A stretch of 64,000 nucleotides of DNA from Podarcis tiliguerta (taxonomy: Eukaryota). Within the stretch, counting starts at the first letter, position 1, and each line of letters starts with the position of its first letter. The notes beneath the pieces are model-generated. The model did not search any database, was not told the DNA's origin, and saw nothing but the letters and a program-made list of their open reading frames with translations. The position numbers and the translations under genes were made by a program. This document shows, in pieces, positions 52,063 through 64,000 of the stretch. The stretch is taken from the NCBI GenBank assembly GCA_965153285.1, contig OZ229119.1; one strand, given 5' to 3'.

Positions 52063-52700
52063 CCCCCAAAAGGCAAGGAAATAATCTCTATAGCCTATGC
52101 TAGTTACAATTGTTTCTGTAAAATAGCAGAGGATCCTCACAAACAGAAACAGCTTGCATACACATACCCCATTCCATCAATATTTGTTGGACTTGTAAGT
52201 CCCAGTCGTTGCATGGAGATCACTCATAGTGACTCTTCCATTCTTCCACAGGATGAAGCAAATTCACCTAGAAATCACTGTTTGTACCTTCCTTTGGAAT
52301 AATTAGGACAACCTGTGCCTCTACAAAATTCATGTAAACATCTGTATGTGCGTTACTCTTTTGGTCAGAAGCATATTCACATTTGGAGGGGATACACTGG
52401 GGCGAACACAAGAATTCAAGAATTCGCAGAAAAGAAAGCTAGGAAAGCATTTTTAAATGTAAATACTTAAAATAATCCTTTTCCCTATGTATTTTTAAAA
52501 AGCACTATTGTATATCTATATTTTCCATTTTGTCTTTATATGCAGATACGGTTCAAGCCTTGAAATAAAATTATTTGTCAGCATATACTTACTTATTTAT
52601 AAGACTTCAGTTTTCCCCAGGGTAAAAAAAAGGGGGGGCACATTATCTACCTGGCCCAGGCCTCTGCCTGGCTCTGTAAGGCCCTAAGCACATCACCGAT

Positions 52701-53316
52701 GCTAGAAAAAAGCCAATGCAATTCTGGGCTGCATCAATAGGAGTATAGCAACTAGATCAAGGGAAGTAATAGTGCCACTGTATTCTGCTCTGGTCAGACC
52801 TCACCTGGAGTACTGTGTCCAGTTCTGGGCACCACAGTTCAAGAAGGACACTGACAAACTGGAACGTGCCCAGAGGAGGGCAACCAAAATGGTCAAAGGC
52901 CTGGAAACGATGCCTTATGAGGAACGGCTAAGGGAGCTGGGCATGTTTAGCCTGGAGAAGAGGAGGTTAAGGGGTGATATGATAGCCATGTTCAAATATA
53001 TAAAAGGATGTCACATAGAGGAGGGAGAAAGGTTGTTTTCTGCTGCTCCAGAGAAGCGGACACGGAGCAATGGATCCAAACTACAAGAAAGAAGATTCCA
53101 CCTAAACATTAGGAAGAACTTCCTGACAGTAAGAGCTGTTCGACAGTGGAATTTGCTGCCAAGGAGTGTGGTGGAGTCTCCTTCTTTGGAGGTCTTTAAG
53201 CAGAGGCTTGACAACCATATGTCAGGAGTGCTCTGATGGTGTTTCTTGCTTGGCAGGGGGTTGGACTCGATGGCCCTTGTGGTCTCTTCCAACTCTATGA
53301 TTCTATGATTCTATGA
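52701..53316 (+). mobile_element. 5'-truncated CR1 LINE with uninterrupted ORF2 C-terminus
   Basis: ORF 52772-53236 is open to its natural stop. (ATTCTATG)n tail. Nearly identical to 5023-5632. Confidence 0.95.
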
Positions 53317-54398
53317 AGTACAAATAGTGTGGGTATGCTCTAAATAGCAATTGACTAACACAAAACAAGCATCCAGTTAGGCCCACAGTAGAGCACAGAA
53401 AATAGGAATACTTTAGATCTATGGAGTATTTTTATCCTCAACATGATAGTCTTGCAAGCCCTTATCCAGCATGAATCATGCAGTATCACCTCATCATATC
53501 AGCCATAAGTTTTTCCATTTACATATTCAAGGCACCTTTCAAACCTACTTGAACAATTGTTTTCAATCTCACCTCTAGCAGGTATCCACTTGTAGAATGC
53601 CGACTTCTACACCAAAATACACCTATCGGATCCTGGCTCAGGACAAAGAGAAAGCCATCCCTGAAAGCCAGTTTGGATGTGGAGTAGAGATGGAAAGCTC
53701 TGTCGGATTCGGTTCTCTCCATTTCACGTTTTCCCAATTTTAGTTCAATTCTCTACATTTCTGCAGCAATTTGCTGTGGGTATTTTGTGATCTTGATAGT
53801 TTAAGCAAATTGGAGGAAATATACAGGCGCTGGTTGTGGCTGCCCCCTTCTCTGTAATGCTCATCTGCCTTTGGTTGCAGTAGTTAATTAGCAGCTTTGT
53901 TCTGCCAACGAGGAAGCCGTGTGTGTAGGTATTAATTGCATGAAGTGTACCTTATCTTTGGCACCACAGAGGTCAGTGGAGAACATACTGTATACATCAT
54001 TCTTGCACAAAAAACAACAGGAAAGGCCAGGCTATTCTTTCTGCCACCTTCTGCCTCTTCAGTTTAAGAATTATCTAACAAAAAGCTAAGATTGCAAACC
54101 TATACACACAAACACGCACACCTGGGATTAAGGTTGATTGAACTCAGTTTGACTTTCTTTTGAGTACACATACATAAGATTGCACTGCTGACCATATTTA
54201 GAGTTGGCAGCTAGCAACCAGTTTACAAACTCTCACACGTCCTGCTTGCAATACATAGTAGCAGCCTGGTCCAGAAAGGCAGAGCTTCAACTGAGTTTTC
54301 TTGATGCTTAACTTTTTCCCTTTTCTCCCTTTTAATATATGGGTCTCCTCCACTGTGACCCTAATAGAAATAAACAGAGATGAGCAAATCTAAATAGT

Positions 54399-54761
54399 AA
54401 GGTAAAGGTAAAGGTACCCCTGCCCGTACGGGCCAGTCTTGACAGACTCTAGGGTTGTGCGCCCATCTCACTCAAGAGGCCGGGGGCCAGCGCTGTCTGG
54501 AGACACTTCCGGGTCATGTGGCCAGCGTGACATCGCTGCTCTGGCGAGCCAAAGCCACACACGGAAACGCCGTTTACCTTCCCGCTAGTAAGCAGTCCCT
54601 ATTTATCTACTTGCACCCGGGAGTGCTTTCGAACTGCTAGGTTGGCAGGCGCTGGGACCGAACAACGGGAGCGCACCCCGCCGCGGGGATTCAAACCGCC
54701 AACCTTTCGATCGGCAAGCCCTAGGCGCTGAGGCTTTTACCCACAGCGCCACCTGCGTCCC
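54399..54761 (-). mobile_element. Sauria SINE (distinct subfamily, CpG-rich, young)
   Basis: (TAAAGG)n tail. 12-bp TSD AATCTAAATAGT (54387-54398, 54767-54778). 3' segment differs from the other copies. Confidence 0.92.
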
Positions 54762-54936
54762 ATACCAATCTAAATAGTGCTAAGGTTCAAACTAATCTGA
54801 TATGCAATTGTACGTAACTTGCTCGCGGTAGAGGTTGGTTTATTGCGGCAAATGGGGATCTGCCCCACCAAGTACTACCTGCCCTCAGCCAGCCTTCACA
54901 TCACATCTCTACCTTAGTTTTAAACAGTCCAGGAGA

Positions 54937-55285
54937 CAGGGGCAAAGGAAGGTGGGGGCGGGCCTACCCAGGTGTCAGCACTGAGGGGGTGACAAAATGC
55001 TGGGCGGCACTCACCGCCGGGCCTGCAGCGCGCCCAAGCCACACGTCTCTTCTGGGAGTGACACGCTGGCTTGGGCGTGTTCAGGCTCCAGGCTGCCCCA
55101 AACGGTCCACCCACCGCCTCCTCCTCAGCTGTAGGGCGACTGAGGGGGAAGAGGCAGGCAGACTCCTCAGAGGCCCCATGAAGCATCCTGCCCCGGCTTT
55201 CCCTGCCCTGCAGGTGGCTGGCCCCGCCCCTGGGTCCAGAGCATGCATGCTGCCCCAGGTGTCCAATCGGCTTGCTCCGCCACTG
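54937..55285. mobile_element. GC-rich non-autonomous hAT element
   Basis: Ends CAGGGGCAAAG...CTCCGCCACTG (imperfect TIR). 8-bp TSD CCAGGAGA/CCAGGTGA (54929-54936, 55286-55293). Confidence 0.75.
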
Positions 55286-57084
55286 CCAGGTGATGGCATT
55301 CTCTGTCAACTTCTTCCTCCTTACTCTCAACGCTGCTCTTCACAGAACTCAGCAGGGAAGAGAATAGGAACAAAACTCGAATTAGTTGCCTCTGCCTGTC
55401 ATTGTCTCAGGCTCCACTTTCTGTTGGTCTCTCTACCTTTTCTACCAGTCCCAATGGGCACTACCCACCACTGCTTTCTCCTGAATATTTTAAAAATGGA
55501 AACAACTTATGGAAATGATTACTTTGAGCAGAGGAATGGAAGACGAAAGATCTGCTTGACCTTTTTCTTCAGCTCAAAATCCTTCACCCCAACTGCTTTC
55601 ATCCCCACAAAGAAAAATATACGGGCACCTTTTAAGCTGCCTCTCCCTTCATTCTTAGGCTGCAATTATAACCCCACCTACCTGGGTGCAAGAGCCACCA
55701 AATTACTGGTACATTTGAGTAGACATGGGTGGATTCTGCTGCTGGTCTACTTTTGCTCATGTGTATTCACACATGCAGGCTGCTGCTTTAGTTTTTGATA
55801 CATTCATTCATTTATCCATTCATTTATTTGCAGTTTAATGTCAACTTAGGCCTGTAAGTGGTTTACAAGTGTAAAAAACTGATTACACAAGCACTGGAAT
55901 ATAAAGAACAGCAGTTAAAATACAAAACTAAGACACACAGTAAAGCAATCTCATGAAAATGTTAAATGCAAGAATTATGTTACATACAATTGCATGTCAC
56001 GTCTAGTTTGGGCTTCAGTCTCCCCAGTCACTTCCTGATAAACACCTAGTTCCCAGTTTCTCAGCACCAGCTGCAAACCAGAGATATTAAGTTGTGAAGT
56101 GACATAAGGAGGGGCAGAGCAGTTTTGCACAAATCACAAAAAGGATCCTTTGCCAAGAGCACTAATAATGTAAGTTTTAGGTGAACTTTGCCTTCTTGCC
56201 AGTTTGCAGGAGCTAATTCCAGCACTCGTTTCCGGGAGACAGAGATTAATTGGTTGCCTTTATCAAAGCATTTAGCGATTAGGAATGCGCTTCTCTCATC
56301 CATATCTTCCATCATGGACTCTAGTCGCTCAATAAAAAGATGTGCCCCAAACCAAGGCGTTCATTTTTCAATATAGTATTATGTGACAACAGGTTACTGC
56401 TTTTGTAAAGCTATTACTTTTACTGTCAACATGACTGCTCCGATGGACTGTCTCATTAGAAAGGAATAAATTGGAAGTGAATAAAAAAAAAGTATCCCAA
56501 ATAATAAATTGACCTCTGGCAAATATATATGATCTTTCTTGTATCAGACATATCAAAGTAAACAACTGCTTACAGAAGTTCCCAGCCTTGAACTTTCTTG
56601 CCTTGTAAAGAATTTATGGACAGGCCAGAGTCAAAGAATTGAGACTCCTTGAATTATTAAAGAACCACCAATCTGCAAGCGGAGTGGATGTCATTTAAAT
56701 ATACATGTTGAAAGATTGCTTTGGGGATGTCAAAATAAACTTTTGAAATCAGAGAAGTAATTGATTTCCTTGTGAAAGCTCGTTTAACCATGTAATTTCA
56801 CCAATGAGAGAGATGTTGAAGTGTGAGTCCCTTTGGGAATATAGATGGAACGAGGGAGTGAGCTAACTGAGCTCTGGATGGGCCTGTCACTCTTAATTAG
56901 AACTGGTTTGATTCTATGTGGAGAAAGAATCCCATCTGCTTTCAATATTCAAGCCAAAAGGATGGTTCAGTTGTACCAGGGGCAAGATATGGCAGATGTA
57001 GCTAACAAAGCTGGAGCCATAAGAATGCAGGTATTTGACAAGTACACGCACAATCGGGACATGTGGAATAGAAATATACAAACA

Positions 57085-58790
57085 GAAGGAGAGCCCTGTT
57101 GGATGGGCCAAAGGTCCCTCTAGCCCAGCACTCTGATCTCACATTGGCCAATCAGGTATGATGGGAAGCCTGTCAGCAGAACCTGAGCACAACAGCATTC
57201 TCCCCACCTGTGATTCCCAGCAAATGATGTTCAGAGGCATGTTGCCTCTGACAGGGGGAGGACACCAGAGTCATTGTGGCTGCTAGCCAGTGACAGACTG
57301 ATCCTCTGTGGATTTGTCTACTCATCTTTTATTTTTTTTTTTTTTATAATATATTTATTGAAGTTTTCAAATAAAGCATATATTAGATAAGCACAACTTG
57401 TCATTGTCCATTTAACATCTCTCAATTGTTACATGGGACTCCCCCACACCTCCCGCATACACTTACATCATTATTAAATTAATTTCAAACAAATTATCAT
57501 TTAACTCATCTTAATTAATAATCTTAATTTGGTTTGACATATAATTCAACCTTAAATCTAATTTAATGGTAGACAATTATCTGCACTGGCATCCAATTCA
57601 ACACTCAGCCAAATTACAATATTTTTGTAAATAAATCTTAAATTCCCTCCAATCTTCTTCCATCCTTTCTTCTCCCTGGTCTCGAATTCTGCCGGTCATC
57701 TCGGCTAATTGCATATAGTCCATCAGTTGCATCTGCCATTCTTCCACAGTGGGTAGCTCCTGAGTTTTCCAATTCTTGGCAATTAATATTCTTGCTGCTG
57801 TTGTTGCGTACATAAAGAATGTTCTGTCCTTTTTTAACACACTCTGGCCGACAATACCCAGGAGAAAGGCCTCTGGTTTCTTAGTAAAGGTGTATTTAAA
57901 CACCTTTTTTAATTCATTATATATCTTCTCCCAAAAGGCCTTCACTCTAGGGCAGGTCCACCAGAGGTGAAAAAATGTTCCTTCATTTTCCTTACATTTC
58001 CAACATTTGCTATCAGACGAATGGTATATTTTAGCCAGTTTAACAGGGGTCATGTACCATCTATACATCATTTTCATCACATTTTCCTTCAACGCATTAC
58101 ATGCAGTGAAGTTCAGCCCAGAGGTCCACAACCTTTCCCAATCTTCAAACATAATATTATACCCAATATCCTGCGCCCATTTTATCATTGTTGATTTTAC
58201 CATTTCGTCATGTGTGTTCCATTTCAGCAGCAAGTTATACATTCTTGAAAGTACCTTAGTCTTAGGTTCTAACAGTTCAGTTTCTAACTTTGACTTTTCC
58301 ACTTGGAATCCTAGCTTTTTGTCATTTTTAAACACTTCTTTAATCTGAGCATATTGTAACCAGTCTCGCACTTTGTCTCTCATCTTTTCTAAACTCTGCA
58401 ATTTCCAGTTGTCACCATCCTTTTCTATTATCTCCCAATATTTTGGCCAGTTGGCCTCCATATTGGCTCTTTTCCAAGCCTTAGCCTCCAGGGGTGACAG
58501 CCACCTCGGAGTTTTATTCTCCAGTAAGTCTTTATATTTTGTCCAGACATTAAAAACTGATTTTCTGACAATATGGTTCTTGAAGGCCTTATTTATCTTA
58601 GCTTTATCATACCATAGATATGCATGCCATCCAAACGCATTATTAAAACCTTCCAAATCCAAGACATCCGTATCTTCAATGTCTACTCATCTTTTAATCC
58701 AAGTTGGATCTACACAGTTGGATCTAAGTCTAATCCAAGTTGGTGACCATCATTACGTCTTGTGGGAATGAATCCCGTAGTTTAACTGTG
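57085..58790 (-). mobile_element. Old CR1 3' fragment interrupted by a young L1
   Basis: The flanks (57085-57331 and 58697-58790) read as the reverse complement of the CR1 end seen at 34530-34782. Confidence 0.65.
57332..58679 (-). mobile_element. Young 5'-truncated L1-clade LINE; open ORF2 C-terminal 354+ codons (57598-58662)
   Basis: Perfect 17-bp TSD TGTCTACTCATCTTTTA (57315-57331, 58680-58696). Poly-A tail and AATAAA. CWKC-x7-HLWWTC knuckle. No stops. Confidence 0.95.
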
Positions 58791-58794
58791 AGTG

Positions 58795-59275
58795 AGATTC
58801 TGCCAGCGTATCACACCTCTGCTCAGAGGCTGGCACAGTTTACCAGTTTGCTACCAGGCAAAGTTAAAGGTGTTATTATTAGTACAGTGGTGCCTCGCAA
58901 GACAAAATTCATTCGTTCTGCGAGTTTTTTCATCTTGTGAATTTTTTGTCTTGCGAAGCACGGTTTCCCATAGGAAATGCATTGACGGTTTCCCATAGAA
59001 ATGCATTGACGGTTTTAAGAAAAAGGCGCAAGATGTTTTCATCTTGCGAAGCAAGCCCATAGGGAAATTCGTCTTGCGAAGCAACTCAAAAAACAAAAAA
59101 CTCTTTCGTCTTACGAGTTTTTCATCTTGCGAGGCATTCGTCTTGCGAGGTACCACTGTATATAAAGCCCTTAATAACTTGGAACCAGTTTACTTTCAAG
59201 GTTGCTTGATCCCATATAGGCCCACTCAATTGCTTCAATCTGCAGCATCAGCACTGTTAGGTGTGCCACATAACA
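58795..59275 (+). mobile_element. Decayed L2 fragment interrupted by a MITE
   Basis: RITPLLRGWHSLPVCYQAKLKVLLLV joins YKALNNLEPVYF... across the MITE. Confidence 0.8.
58885..59158. mobile_element. Tc1/mariner (Tigger-like) MITE, second family
   Basis: TA-CAGTGGTGCCTCGCAAGAC...GTCTTGCGAGGTACCACTG-TA. Internal TCTTGCGA repeats and a duplicated CGGTTTCCCATAG(G)AAATGCATTGA. Confidence 0.92.
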
Positions 59276-59517
59276 CCATAATCATTAATTAATCAATACA
59301 AATTGCTGTTTTCATTTACTCTGACATAGTTGTGCTAGTTTAAAACAAAGAAGATTATTTCCTTAGTAAAGTTTACTGGAGAGCCACCATTGTCCTGTGA
59401 CATGCCCATACATTTACATGCACCGGAAGACAGAGAACTCCTTATCCACTCTAAGACTTATAGTGCAATACTATGCATGCACACACACACACACACCCCT
59501 AAGCAATAAAAATGAGC

Positions 59518-59695
59518 CTTGGGACACCTTAAAGACTAACAAATTTATTGTAGCATAATCCTCCAGAGACTCTGGAGTCCGACTCTACTCCATGGAAACT
59601 TATGCCATAATAAATGTGCTAGTCTTTAATGTGCCACAAGACTCTTGTACTATTTTTGCAACAATGGACTAATGTGGCTTACCCCCTCTGAAAAT
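59518..59695 (+). mobile_element. Penelope-like remnant with inverted partial terminal repeat
   Basis: CACCTTAAAGACTAACAAATTTATTGTAGCATAA (~59526-59558) is the inverted counterpart of TTATGCCATAATAAATGTGCTAGTCTTTAATGTG (~59600-59633). Homologous to 11.4 kb. Confidence 0.7.
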
Positions 59696-60731
59696 TATTA
59701 ATCAGAAATAAGTCTTGCTGTGTTTATTAGGATTTCCTCCCATGTAGGTGACCATAGGAATGCCTTAACGTCCAGAGATACCAAACCAGGGACTGTAACC
59801 TGAGTTATGACAACTTTGGCAATTCACAGTAACACAATTTTAACAATGCATTGCCCAAAAGGCAAAAACAGTAATAAAACCAGGACAGAGATTTAGCAGG
59901 AGAAACTAGCAGAGAAGCAAAACTACCCCTAGTAAACAGGGACAGTTGGAACCAAGAGTTTTCATAGATTAATATCCCAGGCTCAGGAGAATTCCTATAG
60001 GAGTCTTCTTACCTGGGGAAACACCAAGTGTAAATGGGCTTCATCTTTCAACTGCTTACCTGTGACCCTCTGAATTGCAAGTCTCTGGCTCCGACTCAAG
60101 GGTTCATAAGTTCACAGGGAAGCAATTCACACATATAACTAATTCACATATTATGCAGGAATAAGAAGCTCAGCTTTCATTTTTCAGTTCTGCAACAGAA
60201 TATGCTAGAACCCAACATTTTTTTTAAAAAAGTGTAACGTTTTGAAATGATAGTGGTTTACTTGGGCAGTAATATAACAAGAAAACACATCCATAAACAT
60301 TACAATAGGAACAATTAAAAATAATTCATATGCATAGCAAGATTTAGTTGTCCCAAGTTCTTTATTATCAATTTAAATTGCATTTAGAGAGAGCAGAGTT
60401 TATTTCCATCTTTTCCTCTGACAGCTTGTTAGCAGTCGTGTGAATTTTGTCCCTGGGGATCTGCTAGGCTTTTATATCTCGGCATTCTCTTTTTTCTCTG
60501 TCATACAAAAGTGGTAGGAAATTGTCTTCTTTGTTGTATTTATTTAGCTTATTTTCTCCACTGCTGTAGGAAGGATCAGACTTTGCTGCGGTTTATGCTA
60601 CCAATTATGTATGCATTTCCATTTGTGAGGAATCGACAACAACCTTACGGTTGTTTCCTGCTGCAAGATGAATGGGTTGGATGTGCCCTCTGTTCGTGTT
60701 TAGAAAGAATACACATAAATATACTTCTGGG

Positions 60732-60867
60732 CAGGCATAGGCAAACTCGGCCCTGCGGATGTTTTGGGACTAAAACTCCCATCATCCCTGACCACTGGTC
60801 CTGTTAGCTAGGGATGATGGGAGTTGTAGTCCCAAAACTTTTGCAGGGCCGAGTTTGCCTATGCCTA
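60732..60867. mobile_element. Palindromic hAT MITE (136 bp)
   Basis: TIR CAGGCATAGGCAAACTCGGCCC / GGGCCGAGTTTGCCTATGCCTA. TSD CTTCTGGG/CTCCTGGG. Confidence 0.9.
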
Positions 60868-60895
60868 CTCCTGGGCATGATCCTGGATCTTTGGA

Positions 60896-61218
60896 TAAAG
60901 GTAAAGGTAAAGGGACCCCTGACCATTAGGTCCAGTTGTGTCCGACTCTGGGGTTGCGGCGCTCATCTCACTTTATAGGCCAAGGGAGCCGGCGTACAAC
61001 TTCCGGGTCATGTGGCCAGCATTCTTCTGGTGAACCAGAGCAGTGCACGGAAACGCCGTTTACCTTCCCGCCGGAGCGGTACCTATTTATCTACTTGCAC
61101 TTTGATGTGTTTCGAACTACTAGCTTGGCAGGAGCAGGGACTGAGCAATGGGAGCTCACCCTGTCATGGGGATTTGAACCGCCGAGCTTCCGATCGGCAA
61201 GTCCAAGACCCACGTCCC
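60896..61218 (-). mobile_element. Sauria SINE with internal deletions
   Basis: (TAAAGG)3 tail and diagnostic core. Lacks part of the head and the GACTAAGCCG segment. Confidence 0.9.
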
Positions 61219-61409
61219 TCCCCTTATACTGAGATCTCCAGATCTTAGACTGATACACCTCCCCTTATACTGAGCCTCCAGAGGCCCTGATTCTTATGCC
61301 TCCATCATCTGAACTATAGTGGGTAGTAATACAGGACAGGACTTTCTCTGCGGTAGCACCTAAGCTGTGGAACTCCCATCCTAAGAACTTTTACTTTACT
61401 TGCATCTTT

Positions 61410-61500
61410 GGGGAAGAGCTGTAGCTCTGCAGTAGAGAATCTGCTTTGTTAATCCCTGATATCTCTAGGCAGGGAGATAATCCGGTCTGAAACCCTCAGT
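61410..61500 (+). mobile_element. Old tRNA-derived SINE head
   Basis: GAGCTGTAGCTCTGCAGTAGAG...AATCCCTG. Minus-strand relatives at ~6260-6335 and ~27310-27385. Confidence 0.4.
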
Positions 61501-62576
61501 GGCATAGCATGGGTTGCCAGTGCCCAGGGCCACATGGAGGGGAAGAGGGAGAGAGGGAAATGGACAGAGTAAGCTTGCACATTCAACTGCCTGATGGCAT
61601 CCCCGTCACCCAGGAGATCGTAGCCACAGAGATAAGAAAAGAAGAGTCCTTCTGTTGCCTGGAGAAGTCACTTCCTGGTTTGCATGCAGAAGACGTTTCC
61701 AGTGGAGTCTAGCGAGGGAAGCACACAGCTGTATTCAAGAAGCACTGGGTGTTGAAATTTTGCGCCTCTAACTTTTTTGCACCCAGGGCAACCATCCCTC
61801 CATGCTACAACACTGGAAACCCTGGAGACCCACTGCCAGTGTAGTGTAGGCAATACTGAGCAAGAAGGACCATTGGTCTAACTCTGTATGCGGCAGCTTC
61901 CTATGTTCCTCTGCTCAAGCCAAGGCAGTCCTCATTTGGAGGGTTTTGGGTTGCACCCATTTCTGCTGGTCTGATTAATGTGGCTACTAGGTGTTTGGGG
62001 TTTTTTTTTAAAAAAAAATCTGGGTGGATTATTATAATGATTTTATTGATACTATTATTCTTTTAATACACCATCATTTTAGTAAAAGTCTCAAAGGCAG
62101 CTGATAAAGCATATTAAGAAAAAGAATATAAATTTAACATGTTTTGTTTGCTAGCTCAACAAGTAGTTTATAAATCTAAAGTGATAGCCAGCTAAATCAT
62201 GCTATGAACAGACCTAACTGAAATTGATTAACTAATCATCTTTTGGTATTGTTAAAAAAAAAGCATTTCTGGACAGAAGTACTGAATTATACAAACAAGT
62301 ACAAGCTATGATCTCCCAAGAAACCCTAAAATAGCATTCCTCTTGAAACTTCATTAAGAAGTCATTAATACTGATTTACAGCTGATTACTACACTGCTAA
62401 CAACAGCAAGAGAGTGTATTTCACAAAAATGGGAAAACAAAGATCCCCTTGCCATAACTGATTGGTCACTACCTCTTACTGAAGCGAATTCCACTGTTTA
62501 ATTATGTGAAGAAGTACCTTCTTTTGTCTGTCCTGAATATTCAAACAGTGAGTTTTATTGCATGGTCCTGAGTTCT

Positions 62577-63082
62577 TTTGTTGTTTAGTCATTTAGTCGT
62601 GTCCGACTCTTCGTGACCCCATGGACCAGAGCACGCCAGGCACTCCTGTCTTCCACTGCCTCCCGCAGTTTGGTCAAACTCATGCTGGTAGCTTCGAGAA
62701 CACTGTCCAACCATCTCGTCCTCTGTCGTCCCCTTCTCCTTGTGCCCTCAATCTTTCCCAACATCAGGGTCTTTTCCAGGGAGTCTTCTCTTCTCAGCAT
62801 GTGGCCAAAGTACTGGTGCCTCAGCTTTAGGATCTGTCCTTCCAGTGAGCGCTCAGGGCTGATTTCCTTAAGAATGGATAGGTTTGATTTTCTTGCAGTC
62901 CATGGGACTCTCAAGAATCTCCTCCAGCACCATAATTCAAAAGCATCAATTCTTTGGCGATCAGCCTTCTTTATGGTCCAGCTCTCACTTCCATACATCA
63001 CTACTGGGAAAACCATAGCTTTAACTATAGGGACCTTTGTTGGCAAGGTGATGTCTCTGCTTTTTAAGATGCTGTCTAGGTT
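62577..63082 (-). mobile_element. 5'-truncated Bov-B (RTE) LINE, inserted in an old CR1 remnant
   Basis: ORF 62585-63046: KAMVFPVVMYGSESWTIKKA...IDAFELWCWRR...WRALVHGVTKSRTRLND. (CAA)n tail. 8-bp TSD TGAGTTCT (62569-62576, 63083-63090). Confidence 0.95.
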
Positions 63083-63945
63083 TGAGTTCTAGAATTATGA
63101 AATTTATAACTCTCCAGCTGTGAAAGTTTCAAACATGTTTGAGCCTTTTCTTTTCTTGGCCATGTGGGCTTCCATTTCTTCCATGATTACCACTTCTGTA
63201 GATTTCAGGATGCACTGTGCAGCATTCACCGCTGTGGCAATGCATGTTTGTTTGTCTCTTTCTCTCCTCCTATATCTAGGCCCTCATTGCACACCATAAA
63301 TTCATTTCAATCATGACATCTTCATACAAACCTGTCAAAATATGCTTTGATGAGATGGCTTTCTAGTGGTCACAGCCGACTGAAACAGCAATTAATGGTC
63401 CTCCTTCAAATCTCCCATCTCCTACATAAATGCACTTGCAAATCAAAACAAACATCACTTACATATTTAAAAGTGAATATTCTGGCTTAGTATCTGAAGC
63501 TGAAATGTCACCCATGGGAAGGGTGTAAATTCATTCCAAGTGATATACTTTAGTAGAGATCAGCTTTTTTTGTCATGCAGAAAGATCTAAATAATTTTTG
63601 CAACCAGCTGCAGTTCCACTGGGAAGCAACACATTGTGCAGCCAGCAATCTTGTCAAAGTTGTAAATAACTGCCTCCAGCTTTCCCAATTTAATGATCTT
63701 ATCCCTTTCCCCTGAAAGCACGACATGGTTAAACTATTGGGGATAGTTTAGATTAGAAACAAATCTAAATAAAGCCAAATGGCTTCCACTTATTAGAATA
63801 TAACTGGCAGGTGTTCTTCACTAGAAGGAAAACATTCAGATCACTTCTGTACAGAATACTGTATTAACATTTTATTTGACATCCCATCACCATCATTTTT
63901 AACTTGTATCTTGGCCTGCTTTCTTCAATAATGTGAACAATGCAA

Positions 63946-63975
63946 TCTCTCTCGCTCTCTCTCGCTCTCTCCCTC
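63946..63975. repeat. Imperfect (CT)n microsatellite
   Basis: Directly visible. Confidence 0.85.
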
Positions 63976-64000
63976 TGGACAATTGCAAGGTATTATTAAA

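Noticed and set aside
53566-53670. Possible minus-strand exon (TTTCAG|...GAG|GTGAGA)
   Set aside because: The only open frame is unrecognisable, and the acceptor abuts a repeat remnant.
54989-55798. 269-aa ORF and GC-rich 'CpG island'
   Set aside because: The GC-rich part lies within a hAT element with TIR and 8-bp TSD. The peptide resembles no protein family and has a GTG start.
57598-58662. 354-aa ORF as a host gene
   Set aside because: It is the ORF2 C-terminus of a truncated L1 bounded by TSDs and poly-A.
1-64000. Conserved miRNA, tRNA or micropeptide genes
   Set aside because: A by-eye check for well-known mature miRNAs and phospholamban-type ORFs found none. tRNA-like boxes belong to SINE heads. 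The check was not exhaustive.

Overview
This is vertebrate, AT-rich, repeat-dense non-coding DNA. The repeat set (Sauria SINEs, Bov-B, CR1, L2, L1-type LINEs, Penelope, hAT and Tc1/mariner MITEs) points to a squamate reptile, most likely a lacertid lizard; the lacertid assignment is inference. I could not recognise any host protein-coding exon, tRNA, rRNA or miRNA, so the window is probably intergenic or inside a large intron. Every ORF I can recognise is a 3' fragment of a retrotransposon ORF2 (CR1, L1, L2, Bov-B). Many insertions have readable TIRs/TSDs, and several are nested. There is a 248-N gap at 23457-23704. The best leads are: (i) four diverged, same-strand copies of an LTR-like family whose TATA-to-polyA region seems to keep an RNA secondary structure despite sequence change; (ii) a decayed Penelope hammerhead ribozyme; (iii) a CpG-enriched, motif-dense candidate promoter with a possible first exon near 51.3-51.9 kb; (iv) a TATA/polyA cassette at 15.6-16.2 kb; (v) a non-coding, L1-style retroposed insert at 26.7-27.3 kb. 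All calls were made by eye, with no database search or folding calculation.
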